From the NCBI GenBank assembly GCA_038063735.1, contig JBBTUN010000010.1, forward strand, positions 1 to 60,124: a DNA stretch of 60,124 nt. Direction: 5' to 3'. Made by a program: the position numbers and the translations under genes. The stretch is from Patescibacteria group bacterium (lineage in GTDB: Bacteria > Patescibacteriota > Microgenomatia > Curtissbacterales > GWA2-41-24). Below are positions 24,702 to 33,800 of this stretch, in pieces. Position 1 is the stretch's first letter. Each line of letters begins with the position of its first letter. The notes beneath the pieces were generated by a model. That model had not been told where the DNA came from. It did no database searches and saw only the letters and a program-made list of their open reading frames with translations.

Positions 24702-24877
24702 TTGTAAACCTAAAATTCCAGCAAAAGTAGCAAAAGGCCAGGCTTTTAGCTTGGCTGTCACCCCGGCTTAAAGCCTGGCCTTAAGCCGGGTGTTGATCTT
24801 TGTGGTATAATTCGCGCTGTTTAAAACCAGACATGAGCGAAAGAAATGTACATCGTGCGGTGAGGGGACCAAGAGCT

Positions 24878-25540
24878 ATGCTTGCAGAAGCTATGCTTTT
24901 TGGGAGCGCAGCGTTGGTTGCATGTGGTGGAGGAGACGGTAAGAGTGCTAAGACTCCGGAAGGGGGAGCGCTAGGAGTAGATGTCGTTCCGACTGTTGGA
25001 GCAACTGTTGGGCCAACCGAAGCACCAACGATTGTACCTACAGCTACGGCCGCAAAGCCTGAGAGTTTGAGTCCGCAAGAACTGATTAGTGCCGGTGACG
25101 ACGTAAGTAAGATGTTTAGAGAGGGCTTTGACGGCTTAGACGTTAGCACAATACCGTACGATAAAATTCCACAACCTGCGCAAAGGGACCTGCAGTCTAT
25201 ACTGGACGCGGTAAGTATATGCACAGGGAAAGTGCCATACCCTTATCGTGATGATGCCGAAAAACAGAGGATGGCGCAGGATCCAACTTTTCTTATCACC
25301 GGTCTCTCCGGCCTTTGCGCGCTTGCCGGCGAGGCTTCCTTAAGGTTTTATAATGCGCTTGACAACGATCCTGCAAGGCAATCGCAGTTCGAGCAGGCTA
25401 ATATGCAGATGGAAATAATTCATCTCTCAATGTTGAAAGGATTTTCGCAGATACATACGAATGTTCCGTTTAAGCCTTCATTTTGGCAGAGCCAGAAGCA
25501 GCAATTTTATCCATTCGGAGCTACCGGCACTTCTAATTGA
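24878..25540 (+). CDS. putative lipoprotein
   Basis: The ATG at 24878 gives MLAEAMLFGSAALVAC|GGGDG (lipobox L-V-A-C). A GAGGGG motif lies about 12 nt upstream. Confidence 0.55.
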   Translation: MLAEAMLFGSAALVACGGGDGKSAKTPEGGALGVDVVPTVGATVGPTEAPTIVPTATAAKPESLSPQELISAGDDVSKMFREGFDGLDVSTIPYDKIPQPAQRDLQSILDAVSICTGKVPYPYRDDAEKQRMAQDPTFLITGLSGLCALAGEASLRFYNALDNDPARQSQFEQANMQMEIIHLSMLKGFSQIHTNVPFKPSFWQSQKQQFYPFGATGTSN

Positions 25541-25595
25541 AGGAATTTTTTACTTGACACTTCGTTCCTATTTGACCTAAGCTGAAAGTAGACGT

Positions 25596-26477
25596 ATGCC
25601 TGTCCAATCTGCGGTTAGTGATAAGAGTGGGGTTGTTGATTCTGATCCAAATGGTTTGTTGGGTGGTTTGTCGCCCAACGCCGTTCCTTCTTTTCCCGCT
25701 GGTGGCGCCAGGGCGCAGCCTGCACCCGCCGGAGGTTCTGGTAGTTCCCCAAAGAAGGGTTTATTCCATAATGCAAAGTGGTTTGTGTTATTGGCACTTC
25801 TCGTATTGATAGTTGCTTTCATCGCTTTCTTTTTGAACCCCGCTAAGCCTTTGGGGAAAGTGCCCACCTCAACGCCAAACAATTTGGAGGAATTTGTGGC
25901 TCCAATTAATGTTTCGGATGTGTTGTTTCCAAGCGATTTCCAACGGGACATATTCTTAAAAAACTTCCAGGATGCTGCCAAAACCGGTGATAGTTTAACC
26001 AGATATAAGCTGCTTGATGATAATTACACCAGGCTTTTGGGGTTTTACACTCAAGATCATGACCCAAAAACCCGCGAGGTGCTAACACAATATTCTACCT
26101 ATATGAAGAGTAACTATGCTGACCAAGCCCAAAAGAACAGTTATGCTGTGCCTTGCTACGATTTGGGTTGCGGAAAGGCCAATTACCTCGACGAGGCAAA
26201 AAGCATAAAAGAAACAATCGATGCCAGTACTGTCCTGGAAAAGGATCTCAAAGATAATTTAGACAAAAATTTTGAGGCTGCAGCATTTTCTGCTTCTAAA
26301 GAAGCGCAATTTTCGTATTACGAACAGGTTTTCCAGTCGCTTAAGGGCAGCTATGAAAAGACCAAAGACAACAATTTAAAAGAGATAGCAATTAAATTGC
26401 GGGATTTTATAAAGGCAAGTTATGCTGATTTGTACGAGGTGAATTTGAAAATTAAGCCGGACTTATTTGATATATGA
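25596..26477 (+). CDS. bitopic membrane protein with a helical ectodomain (partner A of giant protein A)
   Basis: 293 aa with a TM helix (WFVLLALLVLIVAFIAFFL). It is a paralog of 30046..30861, sharing 'RYKLL[DE][DE]N[YF]..L.GFYT' and the Cys pair C-x-D-x-x-C-G. Its stop overlaps the next ATG (ATGA). Confidence 0.6.
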   Translation: MPVQSAVSDKSGVVDSDPNGLLGGLSPNAVPSFPAGGARAQPAPAGGSGSSPKKGLFHNAKWFVLLALLVLIVAFIAFFLNPAKPLGKVPTSTPNNLEEFVAPINVSDVLFPSDFQRDIFLKNFQDAAKTGDSLTRYKLLDDNYTRLLGFYTQDHDPKTREVLTQYSTYMKSNYADQAQKNSYAVPCYDLGCGKANYLDEAKSIKETIDASTVLEKDLKDNLDKNFEAAAFSASKEAQFSYYEQVFQSLKGSYEKTKDNNLKEIAIKLRDFIKASYADLYEVNLKIKPDLFDI

Positions 26478-29400
26478 GAAAACTTTTCTTATTTTCGGTT
26501 GTTTTTATAGCAGCGTTTTTGTTTTTTGTTAGTGCCGGAGCCAGGAAAGCTAATGCACTAGAATTGGGGTCTTCGGCCATAGTTTCTGGATGGCTTGATA
26601 ACACGACCGGGACTATACCGATTACAGTAACGGTTTCGTTTTATTCGGGGGCTGCCGGCAGCCCATTCTTGCTTCCTGCGCCGAATCCTCAAGTTTATGT
26701 GGTGCCGGTAGGACAAAGGGTTTCGGCAAGCTATGCAGATTTTACAGATCGCGGGTGGTATCAGATAAGCTGGGGAACAAGTTGTACAGACCCACCGGTA
26801 CAAACCAGTAATGCAGTCGTACCGGGTGCTTATATTTTTGCCAGCCAGGATGTACACTGCACGACTCCAAATGCGACACCTTCGATTTCTAACACTGCTT
26901 GCGCCAATTTTGGCTGGACTTTGGCGGGTGTTGGCAGTAACGGTGCCAATATCTCCTCATTTGAGATTTTTATGTCGCAGACCCAAAGCGACCTTACGTC
27001 AAATGGTGGTGATCCTGCAATTGGTCCTTACGTTAGTAAGACATCTACTGCGAGATCCCACGACTTTGGCGCACTTTCGCCTGGCACGTATTATGTGAGG
27101 GTGAGGGCAGTTTCGCCGCAGGGAATTGGCAGTTGGTCTTCGGTTAACCAGTTTACCTGCGCACCGGCAGGGTTGGCACCAGTTGCAGCCTCGGGTTTAA
27201 ACGCATCCAGAAGTTGCAACGGCTCCGGAGCGATTACTGCCAATATTGTCAACGTCGCCTTTACTTGGACAAGGTCTACTCCGACGCCAAGTGACGAGCA
27301 ATGGATAGATTATTCTGTTTTCAACAACAATTTTGGGGGCGGGTATGCGAATGCTGGTGTGAATGGTGCAAGTTCCTACAACGGTACAGGATTTGCCCAG
27401 AATATCCGCTATTATTGGCGAATAAACAACAGGTATGGCACAAACTGGTATCCATCGGCAACGGGCAGTTTTGTAACGCCGACTTGCCCGCCCGGAAGTG
27501 TTGGCGGACCGACTCCGCCTCCTGTCTCGCCACCGCCGCTGCCACCTGGAGATATTTCAATAACTGGTGTTGCAGACTGCAGTCTGGGTGGAACGAAATT
27601 AAATTGGAGTATTTCGTACCTTCCTGTTCCGTCTGGTTGGCAACAAATAGAGACAGGAATTTCGTACGCTCCGCTTGCAATCGGTTCACAAGGGTTTGTG
27701 CAGCCCAGTTTTTGGGTTGGGGCAAGCCCTCACTTCTATACAAATGTTCAAGTTCAGAATGAAACTATAACGATACCTTTTGGAGTCACAAATCCTCTTC
27801 CTAATGCTTCCCGCTCGGGGGCGGGATATGCGCCATATACAAGCACCAATAACTTTGGCCAAACATACACTTACTACGCATGGGCTTTTTATAGTGTTGA
27901 AAATCCGCCAGGTTCGGGATCCTGGCAAACCGGGCAAACTGTATCTGCCGGTTCAATAACGATTACAAACCCGGCAAGTTGTGCGCCGGCTATTACTTAC
28001 TCAATAACCGCTAGTGGCACCACAGATTGCATTGACGGGACAAATGCCAAGGTCCATTTAACTTGGACTTCGGACACGGATAATACAACTTATACGATTT
28101 ATAAAGATGGGGTTGCGCAGTCTCCGACAGTTGTCGGGGTGGGGCGGTCGTGGGATTCGGGGCCTGAACCGTCGGGGCAAACGCCCTCGTGGGTGGTGCG
28201 GGGAACCGGAGGGGTAGCCGGGACGGTAAATTCGAATGCGGCTTCTGTGACTACCGCTGCCTGTGAACCTCCGCCCGCAAATCCGGCTCAACTTTCGATA
28301 TCGATTTCATGTAACGGGTCAAATCCTGAAGTTTTCTTTAGATTTACCGATTGGTCTACGAATGAAGACGGGTTTTGGCTTGACGTCAATACCCAACCTT
28401 GGACTGGTCCAACGGCGCCTTCGCCTTGGGGAGTTAAAACTATTACCAGCACTCTTGCTCAAAAAGTTGCAGTTGGGCTACCGAAGCGAACGTTTACTTG
28501 GAACAATGCGGTTTCGACTAACACGGCGGGTCCGCTGGATCTTGGTGGTGATGTTGATGGTGTTACCCCCGGTGCCCAGCTTACACCCGCCAAAAGCACC
28601 AAATATTACTGGCGTGTTAAGGCTTTTAACGCCAGCAGACAAAGTGAGCACGTTTATCCCGCTTCCGGTACTATTGCGCCCGGCGCTTATTTTGAAACGC
28701 TCTCGTGTACACCAAATTATGATTTAAGTGCCAGAATAGTACCTAATTCCTGGAACAAGCAAATTTTTGACGTTGGTGAAACGGCAACACTTAAGGTTGA
28801 GATTACAAATTTACAAACGTCAACAGCGGCTTCCGCGCCTTCGAAGCTTTACTTTTTTCCGGATGGTGTCGGTTTACCTGTTTGCAAAAACCTGGTGGAT
28901 GGGACCTTGGACCCGACTTCTTCTCCGGCAACAGGCGTGCCAAAGGATGCAACGGGTATTGCGAACCAATCGTATGATGTCCTGCCAATTCCTGTTGCGG
29001 ATCCGCTGGTTCCCGGCAGCGGTACGCGGACAATTGATGTAGAGTTTATAGTAAGTAATACGCCAACTAGTTTAACCGGTTATGCGTATGTTGTCCCGTC
29101 GTGTTCTTTTTTGCCGGACATTGGTATAGACCCTAATTTTTTTAACAACCAATCCTTCGGGTTTACGTATATTGTAGGTTCGGATGGGTTTTTTGAAACG
29201 CAGGGCGGAGATGTAGGCGCAGTCGGCAATGTTTCGGTTGCCGTTAAATCCAGCGGCCTTGGGCTTTACCAGTCGGATTATGTGATTGCTGCCGACGATA
29301 TTGAAGATGAGGTGGTTTCTAAAAAAGGTTGGATGCTTGAGAATTACAACAAAAAGTTTGTGCCAACTGGCGGTTTATACGAGCTTTTTGATAAGAAGTT

Positions 29401-29911
29401 TAAAGGTGGAGCTACTTCAACGTGTTCGTTTACGCTATCTACTGCAATAAATTATTGCAGTGGGAATTTGACATTTAACACCTCCGATAGCGCGCCGATT
29501 GGGGATCATGTGTATTTTGTGGAGGGTAACTTGAGAATAAAGAAAAATTTTGAGCTAAATGCAGCAAGCACAATGGTCTTTTTGGTCAATGGCAATGTAA
29601 CTGTCGATCTGCGTGAGAACGGAACAGGACCTTTTGTTAATAGGGTTGACGGCATTTATATTGTCAAAGGGGTATTTTACGATAGCGATGTGGCCGATGC
29701 CGGAATTGCCACGCCTGCTGACGCCTTAACTTTAAACGGTGCACTTTACGCTGAAAATCTCGCGGGCGGGCTTAACTTAAAGCGTTATTTTACAGGACCA
29801 TATAATGCTACTAACGCCCCAAATAGGTTTGTATGGGATCCAAAATATATTATCAAGCTAACCGACTTGATTGGAATAAAATCGATACAGTGGAGGGAAG
29901 TAGCGCCCTAA
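26474..29911 (+). CDS. giant secreted multidomain protein A (Fn3-like modules plus a C-terminal beta-helix-like module)
   Basis: 1145 aa with signal peptide MRKLFLFSVVFIAAFLFFVSAGARKANA. Motifs include 'QDVHCTTPN', 'YYWR[IV]', 'STNEDGFWLDV', a Pro-rich hinge and 'GFFETQGGDVG'. The protein ends 'WREVAP'. Confidence 0.65.
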   Translation: MRKLFLFSVVFIAAFLFFVSAGARKANALELGSSAIVSGWLDNTTGTIPITVTVSFYSGAAGSPFLLPAPNPQVYVVPVGQRVSASYADFTDRGWYQISWGTSCTDPPVQTSNAVVPGAYIFASQDVHCTTPNATPSISNTACANFGWTLAGVGSNGANISSFEIFMSQTQSDLTSNGGDPAIGPYVSKTSTARSHDFGALSPGTYYVRVRAVSPQGIGSWSSVNQFTCAPAGLAPVAASGLNASRSCNGSGAITANIVNVAFTWTRSTPTPSDEQWIDYSVFNNNFGGGYANAGVNGASSYNGTGFAQNIRYYWRINNRYGTNWYPSATGSFVTPTCPPGSVGGPTPPPVSPPPLPPGDISITGVADCSLGGTKLNWSISYLPVPSGWQQIETGISYAPLAIGSQGFVQPSFWVGASPHFYTNVQVQNETITIPFGVTNPLPNASRSGAGYAPYTSTNNFGQTYTYYAWAFYSVENPPGSGSWQTGQTVSAGSITITNPASCAPAITYSITASGTTDCIDGTNAKVHLTWTSDTDNTTYTIYKDGVAQSPTVVGVGRSWDSGPEPSGQTPSWVVRGTGGVAGTVNSNAASVTTAACEPPPANPAQLSISISCNGSNPEVFFRFTDWSTNEDGFWLDVNTQPWTGPTAPSPWGVKTITSTLAQKVAVGLPKRTFTWNNAVSTNTAGPLDLGGDVDGVTPGAQLTPAKSTKYYWRVKAFNASRQSEHVYPASGTIAPGAYFETLSCTPNYDLSARIVPNSWNKQIFDVGETATLKVEITNLQTSTAASAPSKLYFFPDGVGLPVCKNLVDGTLDPTSSPATGVPKDATGIANQSYDVLPIPVADPLVPGSGTRTIDVEFIVSNTPTSLTGYAYVVPSCSFLPDIGIDPNFFNNQSFGFTYIVGSDGFFETQGGDVGAVGNVSVAVKSSGLGLYQSDYVIAADDIEDEVVSKKGWMLENYNKKFVPTGGLYELFDKKFKGGATSTCSFTLSTAINYCSGNLTFNTSDSAPIGDHVYFVEGNLRIKKNFELNAASTMVFLVNGNVTVDLRENGTGPFVNRVDGIYIVKGVFYDSDVADAGIATPADALTLNGALYAENLAGGLNLKRYFTGPYNATNAPNRFVWDPKYIIKLTDLIGIKSIQWREVAP

Positions 29912-29925
29912 AGGCCGAAGGCCTT

Positions 29926-30039
29926 TAGTAGATAGTTGACAGTAGACGGTTGACAGAAGGAAAAAACTGTTAACCATGAACCGTGAACCGTGAACCGTGA
30001 ACCGTGAACTATTAATTATTAACTATTAACTATTAACTA
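29926..30039. repeat. archetypal composite heptamer hairpin element
   Basis: The structure is (AGTAGAT AGTTGAC AGTAGAC GGTTGAC), then aaggaaaaaactgttaac, then (CATGAAC CGTGAAC x4), then (TATTAAT TATTAAC x3). It is preceded by the hairpin aaaggcc-gaa-ggccttt (29909-29927). Confidence 0.9.
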
Positions 30040-30045
30040 AATAAC

Positions 30046-30861
30046 ATGCCTAAACTGCCTGAAAACCGTAAAGAAAGAGAGTTTGAACTTTTAAACAAGG
30101 ATTCCTGGAATAGGGGAAGTCTTGTCAAGCAAAAACCTTTCCATAGACCGAGGAATTTAAAGCTGCCCAAAAAACCGATCGGCATTTTGCTAGTTGCAGT
30201 TATTGTCTTGGGCGGGCTTTATATCTTTGTCCAGAAATATTACCCTGATTTGCTAAAACCTAAAGCGCCAATCCAAACGGAAGCTAAAGATTTTGAGTAC
30301 CCTGTCGACATTAATAAAATTTCTTACCCGAGCGATGTATTAAAGGAAAAGTTTTTGGCCAACTTCAAAAGTGCTTCCCTGGAAAAAGACAGCGACAAAA
30401 GATACAAACTCTTAGAGGAGAACTTTATTATGCTGCGGGGCTTTTACACGGCCAGCTCCGGATACGACTACCGCGTACAACTGGAGGCGTTTACCGACTA
30501 CATGAAGAAGAACTTTCCTAAGCAAGTCGAGATAAATAAAAATTTATACAACTATCTTTGTATCGATAAACAATGCGGGGAAGTAAAAAGCCCCAATGAG
30601 ATTGTCACGATAGCTGCCGAAATTGCCAAAGAAGATGCAATCAACAGCCAGGTTAAAGAGGCAGTGCTTAGAAACTTTGATGCTGCAGGTTTGAATGAAA
30701 AGGACCAATCGGCAAACTTCTATTTAAGCGCCTACTCAATGTTAATATCCGAGGCCAGGCGCACAAAGGACGCAGACGTTAAGGTAACAACCACCAAACT
30801 ATACGATTTTATCGTCAAGAGTTTCCCCGACATCAAAATTCCTGATGATTTAAAACTATAG
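30046..30861 (+). CDS. bitopic membrane protein with a helical ectodomain (partner B)
   Basis: 271 aa with a TM helix (IGILLVAVIVLGGLYIF). Paralog of 25596..26477. It ends 5 nt before the next gene. Confidence 0.6.
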   Translation: MPKLPENRKEREFELLNKDSWNRGSLVKQKPFHRPRNLKLPKKPIGILLVAVIVLGGLYIFVQKYYPDLLKPKAPIQTEAKDFEYPVDINKISYPSDVLKEKFLANFKSASLEKDSDKRYKLLEENFIMLRGFYTASSGYDYRVQLEAFTDYMKKNFPKQVEINKNLYNYLCIDKQCGEVKSPNEIVTIAAEIAKEDAINSQVKEAVLRNFDAAGLNEKDQSANFYLSAYSMLISEARRTKDADVKVTTTKLYDFIVKSFPDIKIPDDLKL

Positions 30862-30866
30862 TTTAT

Positions 30867-33800
30867 ATGAGAAAGTTTGTTTTTGGAGTTGCGCTATTTC
30901 TAGGGCTGTTTTTTTTAAAATCGGTAAGCGCAGATGCAGCTTTGGCTGCGACCATTAGTGGAATACTGGACAACAGGCAGGGAAGCATTCCGGTAACGGT
31001 AAGTCTTTATGTTACCAACGAAAGCGGTGGCTCTGCAGGAAGTTTCTCTCAAACAGTCGCGCAGGGCACGAGTTCAACTTTTTTTCAAACTATCACATCC
31101 GGGGATTTTCCATCCGTTACCTGGTTTACGTCTTGCAACTCGGGAGCTACTACCACTTCCGGGTCTGCCGGAGCATATACTTTCACCCCTCAGGACGTTC
31201 ACTGCACAACGCCCAATTCCACCGTTTCTTTAACTTCTACAAGTTGTGCCGGCACAACAGGTAATGTTGGGTGGAAGGTTAATTTATATCCTGCGCCCAA
31301 CAATACCCCAAACATTGCCAACTTTAAGATTTTTAAGGCAGTTGCGCCCGCCTCGGCGGATACGGATACTTCGCCGATAACGGTTCCGTTGGGTACCAGT
31401 CCGTATAGTCAAAATTTAACCGGACTTTCTACCGGAGCTTATAATGTTAAAGTAGTTGCATATGCAAATAGCCCGGATGGTGGCAGCAGCGTAAGCGCTA
31501 CAGGCCAATTTACTTGCAATACAACAGTAGTAACAGTGCCGACTAACCTGGTTTCGACTGTTACCTGTTCCGGGAGCAATGTGCGAGTAGACTTTACATG
31601 GGCTGCGGCGGCGGGTACTACAATTGTCGGGTATTATGTCGAAACGAGTACGGCAATTACTGATCCCGGGCCTGGCGGTAGCTGGAATGGTCCGGGGGTT
31701 ACGCCCAGCCCTCCAACCAATACTTATGCAAAGATAGAAAGTGGTCTTTCCGGTGCCACAACTTACTGGTGGCATGTTAAGGCAACGCCCCAAACAGGCT
31801 CACTCTTGTATTCTAGTTCTTTGCAGTTTACAACAAACCCGCTAAGCAGCTGCTATCAAGCTGCGAATGCAAGGGAGACAAAAACGTGTTATGGCGGGAA
31901 TACAGGGGATATAAATTTCATTTGGGACACGGCAACACCGACGTTTGCAATTACTTCGCAATACATACAGTTTTCGACAGATCCGAATTTTGTAGCTAGT
32001 TCCGATTGGAGTGTGACGGTGGATGCGGCAAGTTATACGTTCTACAGTTTTAACACATATTTCCTCCCTGCTACCCGTTACTGGCGGATAAAAACACAGA
32101 TGGGTGGCCAGTGGTATTATTCGAATGCCAGGTTATTTTGGACGCCTAGTCAATGTAACACCGGGGTTTCTATGACAGCTGGGGGCGTTAGTTATTGCGC
32201 AGGGGATACACCATCATTCCGTTTTCAGCTGCTACCTTCCGGACAGCAACCTTTGGCGTACTATGTGGGTACGGGGCCGAATGGTTTAAACGTTACGTTC
32301 GTCGCTGCCTTTGACAACTATAGTTTGGACTTAGACAATGGACCATCCGGACATTACTGGCTTAGACATTGGAATTTTGCTGCTGCTTACTATGATTTGG
32401 GCAATTTAGCGCCGGCAAGCTGTTCGGCAGCGGTTAATACACCTGCAGCGCCTACAAGTTTGGGTTACCCCGCATTAAATACAACCTGCGATGTTAATAA
32501 AAAACCTCACGTTGGTTTTACTTTTAAGGATAATTCTACCAATGAAAATGAATTTTGGCTGGAAGTTTCTTCGCAGCCGTTTACCGGACCATCGACGACC
32601 AATCCGGATAACGTGTGGGCAAAGAAGGTAATTACCAGGACTGATGGTACAACAACGGGGGATACAATTACATTCGACTGGTATGACGCGACTACAACCA
32701 ACACGGCCGGGAGGATGGAATTTCCCAATGCTAATCCGCAGGCACCGCCGGCGAGTGAGCTTGTGCCCCTGGATTATGTCAGCTACTACTGGAGGGTTAG
32801 GGCGTATAACAGTGGATCAGCTATTTCCAGCGCAATTATGTACCCCAATGGTTCTGCTTTGAGTACGAGTGTTCCCACCGGCCTTTCATTTATGATTACG
32901 CCCCCCTGCCAGCTTCGCCATGATTTGAAAACAGAAATTGTTTCCGGGTCCTGGAGAAATAGCAGCGGGGTGCAAACACAATCGTTTGTGGCCAGCGAAA
33001 ATGTAAGTGTGGATGTTTTGGTTACTAATGTAGTAGGGGCGAATGTAACGACTTCGCCTGCACTCACTCCTCTTTATTTCTACTATAAGGGTGGTGCAAG
33101 CATGCCTGACTGTACAGTAGGTACCTCAGGAGGTACGGCACCGCCAGACGGAGCAATCCCTGCAGTTCCCCAGCTTTACACCATCAATGCCCTAGCACCC
33201 GGGGATACACAGACCATAACGGTGCTATTTAACGTGGGTAGCAGTGTTAGCGCATTTACTGCGTATGCATACGCAGCGCCAACATGTACTTTTACCGATT
33301 TGGGTACCGACCCCTCTTGGGGAAACAACAAATCCAATGGTTTTTCGTATACTGTCGGAGTTAACGGGTTTTTTGAGACATTTCGCGGTGATGTGGGGTC
33401 TGGAGGGAAAATAAGTGTGGGGGTTAATTCTTCTGCTTTTGCTACCCCGATATACCAATCGGAATATGCAATTGGCGCTGTTGACATTAATAATACGAAT
33501 TCGAATGTACAATCTAAAAACAATCTTGAGCTTGACGGATATTCAAAGAATTTAGTTCCGTCCGGTGGCGTTTACAAGTACTTTGCAGACAGGTTTTTGG
33601 CGAAAGCAAAGGCAAATGATCCTCTAGGCCAAACGTGTACTCTTACACATGGTGCCACCTATAATCTGGGGAACAAATTTTATTACTGTGCAGGAACCGC
33701 AAATATTGATGCGCTAAGTCTTGTGTCTGGCAACCCTGTATTTTTTATCGATGGTGACCTGAACATAAATAATAATGCTGGCTGGAACACCCCTTCGAAC

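Noticed and set aside
24781-25981. Minus-strand ORFs 24781-25224 and 25577-25981, and the small internal ORFs at 25615-25809.
   Set aside because: They lie opposite plus-strand genes that have better features (a lipobox, a TM helix and paralog support). The locally higher GC content inflates ORF length on the wrong strand.
29926-30039. The heptamer arrays as a CRISPR array.
   Set aside because: The units are 7 nt and directly abutting, with no unique spacers of 25-40 nt. No cas genes are present.
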